This document shows, in pieces, positions 1-10,567 of a stretch of DNA of 64,000 nucleotides; positions within the stretch are counted from its first letter, which is position 1; each line of letters begins with the position of its first letter. A program made the translations under genes and the position numbers. The stretch comes from a virus (taxonomy: Duplodnaviria; Heunggongvirae; Uroviricota; Caudoviricetes): IMG/VR virus record IMGVR_UViG_3300017971_000004, positions 1-64,000 of that record; one strand, written 5' to 3'. Below the pieces are notes generated by a model. That model did not search any database, was not told the origin of the DNA, and saw nothing but the letters and a program-made list of their open reading frames with translations.

Positions 1-2678
1 CGATGTTGCGCGGCGTTGTCACCTCCATCATGTTGACGCCGCTGCTCCAGGAAGTCGAAGTGGAACGTTCGCAACGGATCTGATTCCCGATGAACCGATG
101 GTTTCCGATGTTTCCAGAACCGCTGCCGCTGCCGCCCAACGAGATGAAGGTATCCGCAGCGGAGGAAGTGTAGTCGAGGTAGTTCTCCTCGATGACGCCC
201 TGCCGAGCTGCGCTCCCCAAGTAGATCTTCGCCGTCGAGGCGGCTCCGCTGGCCCCCGTTACCCGGTTACTACGAACGATGGGGCCATAAGTGGTGGTCG
301 CGTCCGGGATCCGGAAGAAGAACTGAGCGTCGCACGAGGCACTGTAGTTGTCCAGGACGCGGATCTGGTCCGCTCCCGCAGACGTGATCACGGCGGTTCC
401 GGACCCGGAGGGGGTCGAACTGAAGTTGTTGTTGCGGATCACCACCTCGTCGCAACCGCTCGCCACGTAGATGACACCCGCAGATGCTCCGGAAACGTCG
501 AACTCGCAGTTCTCGACAATTGACCCGGCAGCCCCCGAAGAGAAGTTGATCGCGTAGCTGGGCGGCGTGGCGCTCCAACCAGCACCGGTAAACTTGACAT
601 TCTCGATGTGGGACGGCGCGGCGATGGAGAAGTAGTTGTCCGCGTCGTCCTGCGTGAACCGGATCTCGGTGTCCGCCGAGGAGATCCCGATGATGTGGAT
701 GGACTGGTTGATCGAGGTCGCCGTGGTCCAGGTTATCGTGTAGGAACCCATCCCGAGCATGATCGTCGCCCCGCTGGTCGCGGTGACGATCAGGTAGCTC
801 AGGAGCTGCTCCAAACCGTTACCCGGAGGCACGTAATAGGTGCCGTCGATCTCGGACCAGGCATCCCCCGTCGTATTGGCCGTGAAGTTCGCGCCGCTCT
901 CGGGCGTGACCGCGACACCCCCCGTACTGGAAAAGGCGACGAGCGTATTGGCCGAAGTCCGCTTGATCGCTGCCGTATCCCCGGTGTCGTCGCTGTCGTA
1001 GGTCAGCGTCATCGACCCCGTGGCCGTGGCAGTCAAGACGCCTCCGTTGGCGTCGAGAGAGATGCCACCGTCGCTGTCGATGTCGATGTTACCGACATCC
1101 TGGACCGAGAAGACTCCCGAGCTGACGCTGACGCGGACAGTACCCCCAGTGGTAATCCCGAGACCTTCCGCACTGGCGAACATCGCCCAGTAGAGACCCG
1201 TCGTGGGATAATCACTGAAAGAATAAGCAGGGGCGGCAGCAGACCCTTCTGCTTCGAGCAAGATGCCTCTGCCGAGAATCTGGGCGGCTTCAGCCCCCGA
1301 TGCCGCAAATCCGCAAGCAGGAGACCCACTCACGGTCAGGTAGTACATCCCCGTAGTGGTGGCGGCACCAAAAGAATAGGAAGGCTCGCTGATGCTGCCA
1401 CTCCCGAGATGCCAAGGCTCGGTGCTCTCGTTGCGATCACCGTAGAAAGCCACCGTGGGAGAACCATCGATGTTGACACCCACGATAGCGGTCCCGTTCG
1501 TACTGTCGGCTCGCAGTACTACGGTGGCGTCCCCGGAAGTCGCGCCTACGTTGGTCGCGCGGATGGCGGTCTCGATGTTGGTCGCGGCGACGGCGTTGTA
1601 GGAATCGAGGGTGGCATTCCCAGATGCATCCACCTCCAGGACACCGTTGCCGTTCCGAAGAAGCTCGAAGATGCTACCGCTTCCAGTCGTGTCGTAATTC
1701 AACGACACTGCTGCGGCGATGTCCACGTCAAGACCACCGGCGCTGGCGTAGAGCCGAAGCGCGTCCGCGCCGGTACCGGCGGAGTTGAGGATCACCTGAT
1801 TCGCTCCGCCCCCGAGAGCTTCCAGACTCAAGCTCCGGTTGGCGGCAGTAACAGTGAAATTCGAGCCAGACGTTCCGTCGATGCTGACACCCGTGCCGTC
1901 GATGGTAACAGCTCCGGCAGCATCTACGACGATGTTTCCCGATGTCGTGGTAGACAGCGTCAAGGAGGAACCGGCCACCGTGAAGTTGGAAGCTCCACCG
2001 GCATCAAGCGTAATCGCGTCTGTGGAGTTCAGATCGATATCGCCCGCTCCCCCGGTCGAGACCTCGAAATTCTGACCGGAGACCGGTGTGAAAGTGATCT
2101 GTCCGACAGTGGAGATATTCATCCGGACGGCGGTCCCGTCCTGGAAGATGTTGAATTCACCAGTACCTGGAGAACCTACATCAAAGTGGAGATGAAGGTC
2201 ACCACCCCCACCGCTCTTGATCGTCGTATCGGTGACACCGCCCAGGAATCGGGAAGCACCGTTGACCTGGAGATCGAGCGTGTCAGAAGCGCCCCCATCG
2301 GTGTCGGCCTCGATGACGACTGAACCGATGGCGCGATAAGTCAAACGATCTATCCGAGACGTCAAGTCCAGCTCGGAACCATCGCTGCGAAGTCGAAAAT
2401 AGGAAGATCCAGTGGTAGTAAAATCTATGTCGAAGCCTTCGTTCGAGCTGACCGAATTGAGATCGGCGAGGATCGAACCCGCTCCGTTCGACTTGAGAGT
2501 GAGATCCTGTCCGGTCGCCGGCAGAACCTGCACGGCTCCGGCACTCGTCAGCTCGACCGTGCCAGAGCCGTACTTGAGGCCGGCGATCAAGGCATGATCG
2601 GCGTTCGCCAACTGCCGACGAATATTCTCGCCAGCAGAAGGCGAAGTCACCGAACCGTACAGGTACCGATCAGCCATT
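1..2678 (-). CDS. tail fibre / tailspike-like protein, partial (runs off window start)
   Basis: ATG at 2678 with AGGAG-like RBS ~8 nt upstream; reading frame stays open on minus strand to position 1, so it is absent from the ORF track (stop outside window). Gly/Ser/Thr/Asn-rich with repeated NNNFSS / IENCEFD / VIRNN-type parallel beta-helix-like motifs. Directly downstream of and co-oriented with the 2693..5404 fibre gene. Confidence 0.55.
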
Positions 2679-2692
2679 CAAGGCTCCTGCCG

Positions 2693-5404
2693 CTAGATCA
2701 GCGTCGGCTCACCGATGGTGATGACGATCTCCCGGCCCGAGCCGGTCGCCCAGCCGATCCGCTGCACCACGTCGCCCGAAGCGGACGGCGCGGTCGAAGT
2801 AGCCTCGCCCGCCGTGGTAGCCAGGTAGATCGCGTCCCCGCAAGCCCAGGCACCCACGTCCGAGGTGGCCACGGTCGCCTTGCCGCCCGACGCCACCGAG
2901 GCGGTGGCACTCTGGGCCGCGCCCACGGTGCAGACACCCACGACGAACTTCTTGCTCGCCGCGTTCGCGTCCGCGAGATCGAGGATGCCCGCCGCGTTCG
3001 CGTCGTCGAGGCAGACCACGTCGTTCGCGCTGATGCCGGCCACCGTGTCCACGACACCGGTCCACACGCCGACACCGCTGATCTCGCCCTTCAGCTCGTT
3101 CAGCGCGCCCACGATGGAGGTCGCGGTGAAACCGCTCAGCGTGGTGTCACCGGCCTCGTTGAGCGTGATGGTCGCAGCCCGGCCTCCGAGGGTCAGGTCC
3201 GCCGTCGCGCCGGTCACGGACAGTGTGGAGGCGTTCGCCACGTCGATGGTGAAGCCCGTGATACCGCTCTCGGTGAGAGCGCCGGAGCCGTCGAAGTTGA
3301 AGTAGCCGGTGTCGTCGCCGAACTGGCTCACGCCGCCGCCACGCAGGGTCAACGCGCCGGAGGGTGTGATGTCCGCGCTCACCAGAGCGGTCTCGGTGAG
3401 AGCGCCCGCGCCGTCCAGGTCGAGCTGGGCCACGCCGTCGTTCAGGTTGATGCCGCCAGTCCCGGACTGGAGATCGACCGCCGTCGCACCCGTGGAGTTG
3501 CCCACGGTGATCGTCCGGGCGGCAGCGCCCGTGCCGATGTTGATGGGCTGCGCGTTCCCGTCGTTGCCGATGCCGATGGAGCCGCCCGACGAGTTGATCT
3601 GAACCGCGCCGGAGCCGTCGAGATCGATGGTCGTGACGCCGCTGGTGCTGATCGCGCCGCTGCTCAGCTGGAACGAGGCGGTGCCGTCCTGGAGGTTGAC
3701 CGAGGTGGCGCTCGTGCTCACGCGGTTGCTGCCGCTGACCCGGAGGTTGGTGTTCTGGGTGGAATTGAGATAGAGGTTCGCATCCCCCGCGCCGATGTTC
3801 GCCGCCGAGATGGTGAAGGTCTGATCCGCTGCGTTGTTGTACTCGGAGTGGATGTCGTGACCGGTGGTCCCCGCACCAGCAAGCTTGATGCCGTAGCCGG
3901 TGCCGGCGTTGACGATGGAGAGCGCAGCGGGGTTGTTGGTGACGTCGTTCTGGGTCAGGGTGAGCGGGATGGCGTTCTCGGTGTCGTCCACCGTGATCGC
4001 CACGACATCGCCCGAGGTCTTCGGGCTCAGGACGCCAGCCGACTCCGACCAGTACGAGCTTCCCTCGGTGACCGCGTAGGTGATGGCCGCGACGAGGGAC
4101 ATCTCGCCGCCGAGAGCCGTCTCCAGGTCATCCCATTCGGAAGCGGCGTCGGAAAGGGTCCAGGACGCCGACCAAGTGGATCCCGTCCGGAAGTAGTCGT
4201 CCAACGTGAGCGTGTAGCCGTAGAGCCGTGTGAGAGACCCATTGCTGGCGTCGGCCACCTCGCCAATGGTGATCGTGCGCTGACCGCCGGATTCACTGGC
4301 CGTACCGATGTTGACAGCCGTCGAACCGTAGGCGGCAGAAGTCGAGGTGCAGATGTTGAACGCGCCGGTATCGTTGCAGTTCATGTTCACGGAACCGGTA
4401 CCGGTGTTGTTCAGGATGACGTTCCCGCTGTTGGTGGTCATGGAGAGACCCGCGCCACCATCCGCCGAGATGCTCACCCCTGCTCCCCCGATGGACAGCG
4501 CGCCCACGGCGTCGAGGGTGGCCGCGCCGGCAGAATTGATGTTGACGGTAGCACCGTCCAGGTCGAGATCCGCCACGGAGTTGATGTTGATGTCGCCCGT
4601 GGTCGTGGTCGTGATGTCGAGGTTGGCCGAATCGGAAGTGATCAGCCTGGAGCCGGCCCCTTGGAGATCGATGGCTGCCCCCGTACCGGCGTTGGAGACG
4701 ATGAGCGCGTCGGGGTTGTTGGTGACGTCGCTCTGGGTCAGCGTCAGGACCGCGATGTTCTGGGTATCGGCCACCGAGAACGCGATTGCGCCATCGCCGG
4801 AAGTGGCGGCGATGGTGTTGCCCTGCGCGTAGGCCTGCTGGAGGCTGTTGCCCGCCGAGGTGCCCGCCGTCTGCCAGGACGCGCCATTGTACCATTGGAG
4901 CGCGCCCGCGCCGTTCACCCGGATCGCACCGGTCGCCAAGTCGGCGGCAGCGTCGTCCGAGTCCGGAAGGATGAGCACCGACTCCGAATCCGCCGTGCGG
5001 TCGAAGATGATGCTCTTGTCCTGATCGACACCCATGTCCACCCGGAGGTTGACGTCGGTATCGCCGGAGGCGTGAGCCGTGCCGATGTTCACCACGTCGA
5101 CAGCGCTCACGTAGGAGCCGCCGAGGGTGATGACGTCGCCATCTCCGTTGCCGAGATCGACATCACCCTCCAAGGTGCTGGTGTCCAGCAGGGTGGTCGT
5201 ACCTTCGACCTCGAAGTTGCCCTTGACCGTCGTGAGCACGCCGGTCGAGCCGATGTCGATGGCCGTGGTGTTGGCGTCCGTGCCGATGGACATCCCACCG
5301 CTGTCAGCAGCTGTTCGTTGGATGCTGGCCGCGATCAGGGCGTCGGTCGAAATCAGATTCCTGATTTGACCGCCTTCCCTCGCCAGCGCGTACAGGTTTG
5401 CCAT
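2693..5404 (-). CDS. tail fibre protein (903 aa)
   Basis: Long G/T/S/A/N-rich low-complexity protein with internal repeats (e.g. AIPLTLTQNDVTNNPAAL... / NIAVLTLTQSDVTNNPDAL...). GAAGGAGAAGGG RBS before ATG at 5404. Fibre-like composition, no catalytic motifs. Confidence 0.6.
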   Translation of the reverse strand: MANLYALAREGGQIRNLISTDALIAASIQRTAADSGGMSIGTDANTTAIDIGSTGVLTTVKGNFEVEGTTTLLDTSTLEGDVDLGNGDGDVITLGGSYVSAVDVVNIGTAHASGDTDVNLRVDMGVDQDKSIIFDRTADSESVLILPDSDDAAADLATGAIRVNGAGALQWYNGASWQTAGTSAGNSLQQAYAQGNTIAATSGDGAIAFSVADTQNIAVLTLTQSDVTNNPDALIVSNAGTGAAIDLQGAGSRLITSDSANLDITTTTTGDININSVADLDLDGATVNINSAGAATLDAVGALSIGGAGVSISADGGAGLSMTTNSGNVILNNTGTGSVNMNCNDTGAFNICTSTSAAYGSTAVNIGTASESGGQRTITIGEVADASNGSLTRLYGYTLTLDDYFRTGSTWSASWTLSDAASEWDDLETALGGEMSLVAAITYAVTEGSSYWSESAGVLSPKTSGDVVAITVDDTENAIPLTLTQNDVTNNPAALSIVNAGTGYGIKLAGAGTTGHDIHSEYNNAADQTFTISAANIGAGDANLYLNSTQNTNLRVSGSNRVSTSATSVNLQDGTASFQLSSGAISTSGVTTIDLDGSGAVQINSSGGSIGIGNDGNAQPINIGTGAAARTITVGNSTGATAVDLQSGTGGINLNDGVAQLDLDGAGALTETALVSADITPSGALTLRGGGVSQFGDDTGYFNFDGSGALTESGITGFTIDVANASTLSVTGATADLTLGGRAATITLNEAGDTTLSGFTATSIVGALNELKGEISGVGVWTGVVDTVAGISANDVVCLDDANAAGILDLADANAASKKFVVGVCTVGAAQSATASVASGGKATVATSDVGAWACGDAIYLATTAGEATSTAPSASGDVVQRIGWATGSGREIVITIGEPTLI

Positions 5405-5444
5405 TTTCCCTTCTCCTTCCTAGAAGATCTTCTTCACCACCCTC

Positions 5445-5768
5445 CTACAGGATGTGGTGATGCGTCGTGTTCGCAGCGACCTCGACGAAAGGCCGTTTTT
5501 CCATGTGATCCGCGTAGTTGTGGTACGCGTGCGTAGGAACTCCTCCGGGATGGTGCTTGAGCGGCACCTTCGGCGGACGGTAGTTCAGCAGCGCCTGGTC
5601 CGCGATGGGATCGTCCTCGGTGCGAACGACCTCCTGATCCCGGATTACCAGCAACTTCTTGCCGGTCTTGGTCGGGACCTTCACCTTGAGAACAGTGTCC
5701 CCGCTGGCGTCCCGCTGAATCGAGGACGGAGTCTCCGACAGAAAAAACCTGAACTTACGCACCGTCAT
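5445..5768 (-). CDS. hypothetical protein (108 aa), start moved to internal ATG (MTVRK)
   Basis: Track ORF 5445..5873 has an Arg-rich unlikely N-terminus. ATG at 5768 overlaps the stop of the upstream gene (ATGA coupling). Confidence 0.4.
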   Translation of the reverse strand: MTVRKFRFFLSETPSSIQRDASGDTVLKVKVPTKTGKKLLVIRDQEVVRTEDDPIADQALLNYRPPKVPLKHHPGGVPTHAYHNYADHMEKRPFVEVAANTTHHHIL

Positions 5769-5772
5769 ATCG

Positions 5773-6450
5773 TCACCTCGTCGTGATCGTGGGCCGGAAA
5801 ACCATCGTGGTGGCGTTCCGGGCAAAACCAATCTCCTGTTGAACCGTCCAGCCAACCGGAGGCGTCGTCGCAAAACTTCCCGACGCCGCCAGAAAGTACG
5901 TAGCGCCGGGAGTCAGCGACCAGGCCCCGTTGGTGATTTCACTGCCGTAAGCGATGTCGCAGGTCGTGCCGCCCCCGTAGACGGAGATGACCATTCCCCG
6001 AGCCGCGCTGCCCACGACGGCATCCGCCGTGCTCACGGTATCGGCAGCGCTGATATAGACCAGATCTCCGACCGCCGTCCCCAGAGAGCAAGTGAATCCC
6101 GTCCCGATGAAGGCTACACCGCCCGAGACTCGAAGATCGTAGGTGACTCCCAGCTGGTCCGTAAACTTGATCGGATATCCGATGGCAGGTCCGGCAGAAG
6201 TATCGATCCAGAGAGTGGGCGCTCCAGGAGGACCCGGAGAGGACGCGTGACCGGTGGGGTCGAACTGGAGACCTCCGGTTCCAATGATCGGCAGATTGTC
6301 CAGATTGAGCTTCTGCTCCAAGGAGGTGATGGCGGAAGAGAGTGAATTCGGGTGGTTAGCGATGACCTCGTCCACGTTGTCGATCATCGCCGTCGAGAAA
6401 TTGTCGAAGGAGGTTGGATAGGTGCTCGGATACGGCCAGATCGTAGTCAT
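5773..6450 (-). CDS. hypothetical virion-module protein (225 aa)
   Basis: Minus-strand ORF inside the structural block, G/T/S-rich; promoter-like TGAAGTATACT element upstream (6480..6500). Confidence 0.5.
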   Translation of the reverse strand: MTTIWPYPSTYPTSFDNFSTAMIDNVDEVIANHPNSLSSAITSLEQKLNLDNLPIIGTGGLQFDPTGHASSPGPPGAPTLWIDTSAGPAIGYPIKFTDQLGVTYDLRVSGGVAFIGTGFTCSLGTAVGDLVYISAADTVSTADAVVGSAARGMVISVYGGGTTCDIAYGSEITNGAWSLTPGATYFLAASGSFATTPPVGWTVQQEIGFARNATTMVFRPTITTR

Positions 6451-6539
6451 CTCGGTAATCTGCTCCTGTCGACGTCATAGTATACTTCAGGAGCATTGCT
6501 CGTTTATAAAGATGAGGGGAGAAAACTGAAATCCGATAA

Positions 6540-7343
6540 TCAGCTGGCGAGCGCACCTACATCGAGCGGACCATCGTAGGGGAAAACTTCGCGGATGTTC
6601 CGATGGAAGTACTTGCCTTTGGACTCCGCGTTCAAGAGATCCGAAAAGATCTGCCCCGGAACATTGAAGTACCGGTAAAGAGTGCGCGGCGTATTTCGTT
6701 TGGGACGAAACGAGATATAGAGAATTTCCTCCTCCTCGTCGTAGCCCACCCCCTCCAGATTCGAAGATTCGACAGGATGCATGACAGGCATCTGAAAGGG
6801 TTCGATCGGTTCACCCGGAGGAATGGCTTCTGGTTCTCCTACCGGTGGAGGAACGTACTCCTCGAAGCGAGGGTACAGCTCATCGCTCTCCTCGATGTCC
6901 TCCTGAATATCTTCTTCGACAGTGGGAACTTCTTCCGGGATTGGACCTGGGGGAGCTTCGGGAGGTGGTTCGAAAACATCGTATTCCTCTTCAATGAAGT
7001 CCTCGGTCTCCTCCTCGCCCCAGCCGGTCCACTCCTTGATCTTGCGCTTGAGATTGTCCCACCAGCCGGCATTGCGTCGGAGTGCGGCCCGGACGATTCG
7101 GTCCTCGATGAAGGGATGGGGATCGAGCGGCTCGAAAGATTCCTTGCCGAAGAACCTATCGACGGCGGCGGAGCGGATTCCGGTCCGGGTGCCGATATCC
7201 AGCTCGACGAGCGCCATCGTGAAGGGATAGTGCTCCTCCTCAGAGAGCTGGGACAGGAGATCCTCGTAGTGTTGCTGGCGCAAGATTCTTTCCGCTCCGG
7301 CAGATATCTTGGCCGACTCGATTGCTTCATCCAGCGTGATCAT
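6540..7343 (-). CDS. KTSC-domain protein with acidic/Pro-rich linker
   Basis: C-terminus VESSNLEGVGYDEEEEILYISF...YRYFNVPGQIFSDLLNAESKGKYFHRNI matches the KTSC (Lys-tRNA-synthetase C-terminal-like) domain pattern. The N-terminus of the track ORF (MPLRDCLGRGC...) is Arg/Cys-rich junk, so start moved to ATG 7343 (MITLDEA). Confidence 0.55.
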   Translation of the reverse strand: MITLDEAIESAKISAGAERILRQQHYEDLLSQLSEEEHYPFTMALVELDIGTRTGIRSAAVDRFFGKESFEPLDPHPFIEDRIVRAALRRNAGWWDNLKRKIKEWTGWGEEETEDFIEEEYDVFEPPPEAPPGPIPEEVPTVEEDIQEDIEESDELYPRFEEYVPPPVGEPEAIPPGEPIEPFQMPVMHPVESSNLEGVGYDEEEEILYISFRPKRNTPRTLYRYFNVPGQIFSDLLNAESKGKYFHRNIREVFPYDGPLDVGALAS

Positions 7344-7494
7344 CACGTCCCTCCTCGCACGACTCGAACCAGTCGCCGCAGAGATCCTTCCGACAGAAGG
7401 AGCACTTCTGGTTATAACACGTCGGCGGTTGGGTTTCGTTAAGGTCGACCGATTCCTCGACCTCGATCTTCGGAACTGGCTTGCGTCTGGCCAT
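7328..7494 (-). CDS. small Cys-rich protein (55 aa)
   Basis: MARRKPVPKIEVEESVDLNETQPPTCYNQKCSFCRKDLCGDWFESCEEGRDDHAG; fills the gap between two genes, stop overlaps the KTSC gene start. Below the track length cutoff. Confidence 0.25.
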
Positions 7495-7549
7495 GTCAGC
7501 CTCCTCTTCTCAAGATACAAGAAGAGGAGCTGGCAGAAAACCGGAGATC

Positions 7550-8215
7550 CTACAGGAAGATACCTTCGATCTTCAGATCGCAGGTACCGGCGGTTCCGCT
7601 GTCGGCCCCGGCAACACCGACGTACAGCGTGGCGTTGTCGTCCACCGTGGCAATCGCCGTCGTGGTGACATCGATCTCCTTGACGATAGCCTCGCCGACA
7701 CCGACCGCCCCGAGACCCGTGAGAGCCGCAGCGTTGAGCCACTGCGTGCCGCCGGTCGAGGTTCCCAGATTGAGCGTGGCATCCCCGACCAAGGCAGTCG
7801 CGGAGCGGCAAATTGCGGTGGCGCGGAGCGGCAGGAACTTCTGGCTGCCATCACCCGGCAGGTTCACGGTCCACTCCGTGACCGCATCCTTCAGATCGAT
7901 GCCCTGGACGATGACCGAGGCGATACCCTCGGCCATGTCCGCCACGCCGTCCGAGTCCAGATCGAACAAGGTGCCGTTCTGGATCGCCGACATCTGGGAA
8001 GCAGTCAGGATGCGACCGCTCGCGTTGCCCACGCGGACCCGGATCTTGTTGTTGGTGATGAAGGTCGCACAGTCTTCGCAGAACTGCTTGTTGCCGAGCA
8101 CGTCCTTCACGTCGACGGTCGCGCTGGAAGCGCCGACGATCTTGACGTTCGGAAGACCTTCGTCCCCCGAAATGCTGATGTTCCCCGAAGTCAGACCCTC
8201 GATGTAGAGATTCAT
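7550..8215 (-). CDS. putative virion structural protein (221 aa)
   Basis: Strong AAGGAGAG RBS and an upstream TGATATACT extended -10-like element (8263..8278); A/G/T-rich beta-type composition; sits next to terminase. Confidence 0.5.
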   Translation of the reverse strand: MNLYIEGLTSGNISISGDEGLPNVKIVGASSATVDVKDVLGNKQFCEDCATFITNNKIRVRVGNASGRILTASQMSAIQNGTLFDLDSDGVADMAEGIASVIVQGIDLKDAVTEWTVNLPGDGSQKFLPLRATAICRSATALVGDATLNLGTSTGGTQWLNAAALTGLGAVGVGEAIVKEIDVTTTAIATVDDNATLYVGVAGADSGTAGTCDLKIEGIFL

Positions 8216-8262
8216 TTTCGCTCTCCTTGCCGATCCTACCGGGAAGTCTCTCCCATGATTCC

Positions 8263-8278
8263 GCGCCAGTATATCATG
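8263..8278 (-). promoter_or_regulatory. sigma70-like extended -10 (TGATATACT) upstream of structural gene 7550..8215
   Basis: Minus-strand GATCATGATATACTGG followed ~45 nt later by AAGGAGAG RBS and ATG. Confidence 0.3.
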
Positions 8279-8314
8279 ATCATTTTGGCTTTTCTAAAAA
8301 TCGCCGAACTTGAC

Positions 8315-10567
8315 CTACCAGTTCGCCGGACCCCGGAAGTTCATGCCGACCATCGAGGTATCCGTGGCGACCTGGCGCTTCCGAACGGCCCGGCGCTTCT
8401 TGGTCTCGGCCAGCTCGTCGACGATGGAGTTCTGCACCAGCTGGTGGACGCCGATGTAGCAGCGGGCCAGGTCGTCCGAGTCGCGACCGCGCATCTTTCC
8501 CTTGTTGGGATTGTGGAACTTCCGCAGATCAGGAGTTCGAGAGAGCTTCAGAAGCTCCACCAGAGCCACGGAGCGGCCCTCCATCTGCTCCTGAGGCGTT
8601 CCTACGACCAGACTACCCTTGTCGGATAAACCGACCATATCGTCCGTCCTGGGGGCCAGCAGGCTCACCCTGCCGTTGTAGGTCATCCGGAGGAATCCCA
8701 TGAAGTGCTCGGGCTTGAGCGTGACCTTGGTGGCCATGATTCCCATCGTCCTGATCTGCTGGATGGTCGACTCGGAGTTCCAGCGGTCGAAGGCGATGGA
8801 GGCGATCCTGATCTTCTTGCGCAGCTGCTCGATGACATTGACCACCGAGTTGAACCAGATGTCGCGCTCGTTGGTCGGGACGATGCGCACGGCGAAATCG
8901 ATGACGGTGGCCATCATCTCGCCACGATGATCGTAGGGGATATTGCCGGACGGCATCGCCGAGAATGCGCGCATCATCCTGCGCTGCTCCTGCTGCGAGG
9001 AGATGATCATCGGCGCGTCGGCGGCGACCGCCATCCCGGATCCGAGATAAGTGCCCATGTCCTCGGCCAGGACCACGTCGAACGGGGTCACCGGCTCGAT
9101 GCGTCCACGACCCGTCCCGATCTTCGAGAGCTTGCGGTCACCGTTCTCATCCTCATCCCCCTCCTCTTCGAGGTCCTCGGCACTGATCCACTCGGGATGG
9201 GCGCAGACGAGCGCGAAGGAGTCCCAGCTCAGACCGGCGTCACCGAAAATGTAGTAGGTGTTGACCTGATCGAGCTGACAGCGGTCCAAATCGATGCCGA
9301 CGTACTGCTTGCCAGTGGCGTCGTTCAAGTAGGTTTCGGCGAAGGTGGCGATGGGCTCCCTCTCCCAGTCGATGCTCTTCCAGAACCGGAGCGGATCATC
9401 GACGTAAGGCATGTCGGCATTCGGAGGAGAGGCCCCGAAGTCGCGCTCTGCGGCGATGGGATCTTTCACGTACTCCTCGTCGAAGAGATGTCGAGGCATG
9501 TGCGGATTGAACTCCCAGGTCGCCCCCTTCCAGCCGTAGGTCTTCTTCAGCTCGCCGGCCTCGGCCTTGTAGTAGGTCTGCATGGCAGGGTCATCCTGGG
9601 CAAGCGGACTCGTGACGTTGATCATCAGGCCCAGGAACGAAGGGAGGTGGTTCAGCTCCTGCGAGGCCCTGACGGTCTTCAACGACTGGTTGAGCACGCG
9701 GTACAGCTCCTGCGCAGACCGGGTGCCCTCGGTGTCGACGAGACGCGCCCACTCATCGATGGAGGCCATGATCCTGGTCTTGCCAGCGATGCCCGCCGAG
9801 TCGGAGGCGATCCGGTTGAACCGGCACATCAGGTAACCGTCCAAGATGGCGTCGTCGTTGATACGATATTTCCACTTATCGACGGCGTTGCCGATCTGCT
9901 TCTTCTCCTCAGCCCGGACCCACTCCATGTACTTGCGAATCCACGGAGAATTGTTCCGCATTTCTCGATACTTGGCATAGATGGTCTGAGCTGCCTGAGT
10001 CGCAGTCGATGCGGCGAAGGTCACCTCGAACCACTCGGATCTCTCCTGTTTGAGCAGCCGCTGGAGCGCACCCCTGCTGTCAACGCCTCGGGTGATGAGG
10101 AAGTGCTCGAAGTAGCCTCCAATGTGTGCGCCTGTGAAGCTCTTGCCCGAGCGCATGCCGGCGATGACGATCATCTCGTTGTACGGCAACAGGATGGCGT
10201 CTTCGTAGAACTCGCGCTGGGTGCTGCGGCAGCGGGGGCAGACGAAGTCCTGCTCCGACTCATTCCAGACGAGCAGAGTCTCCGACTCCAGGTAGAGCCG
10301 ACTCTTGCCCCAACAATCGATGTCCTCCGGCTTCATCGAGTTGCAGATAGGGCAGCGCAGGTTGAAGACGTCGCGCAGGATCTGATACTGGCGACTGTGA
10401 TCGAACGTGCTCGGAACATTCCAGTAGTCGATACCGGTAATCCACTCAATGATGTTCGGAGCCGGCCTCCGCAGATATTCAACATCGATGTCACGCTCGC
10501 GGCTCTTGCCTTTGATGACGCCGTCGATTCGCGACGTCATGCGGTCGATGAACTCGTGATTACTCAT
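8315..10567 (-). CDS. terL: terminase large subunit (750 aa)
   Basis: Walker A VIAGMRSGKSF; N-terminal Cys4 (CPICN...CPRC); C-terminal acidic nuclease-type region (IFGDAGLSWDSFALVCAH). Size and order (ATPase then nuclease) typical of TerL. Confidence 0.8.
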   Translation of the reverse strand: MSNHEFIDRMTSRIDGVIKGKSRERDIDVEYLRRPAPNIIEWITGIDYWNVPSTFDHSRQYQILRDVFNLRCPICNSMKPEDIDCWGKSRLYLESETLLVWNESEQDFVCPRCRSTQREFYEDAILLPYNEMIVIAGMRSGKSFTGAHIGGYFEHFLITRGVDSRGALQRLLKQERSEWFEVTFAASTATQAAQTIYAKYREMRNNSPWIRKYMEWVRAEEKKQIGNAVDKWKYRINDDAILDGYLMCRFNRIASDSAGIAGKTRIMASIDEWARLVDTEGTRSAQELYRVLNQSLKTVRASQELNHLPSFLGLMINVTSPLAQDDPAMQTYYKAEAGELKKTYGWKGATWEFNPHMPRHLFDEEYVKDPIAAERDFGASPPNADMPYVDDPLRFWKSIDWEREPIATFAETYLNDATGKQYVGIDLDRCQLDQVNTYYIFGDAGLSWDSFALVCAHPEWISAEDLEEEGDEDENGDRKLSKIGTGRGRIEPVTPFDVVLAEDMGTYLGSGMAVAADAPMIISSQQEQRRMMRAFSAMPSGNIPYDHRGEMMATVIDFAVRIVPTNERDIWFNSVVNVIEQLRKKIRIASIAFDRWNSESTIQQIRTMGIMATKVTLKPEHFMGFLRMTYNGRVSLLAPRTDDMVGLSDKGSLVVGTPQEQMEGRSVALVELLKLSRTPDLRKFHNPNKGKMRGRDSDDLARCYIGVHQLVQNSIVDELAETKKRRAVRKRQVATDTSMVGMNFRGPANW

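Noticed and set aside
608-5536. Long plus-strand ORFs (608..2323, 2594..5536) opposite the tail-fibre genes
   Set aside because: Arg/Gly/Asp/Val-rich low-complexity translations typical of GC-shadow frames, while the minus strand encodes coherent fibre proteins with RBSs and coupled starts.
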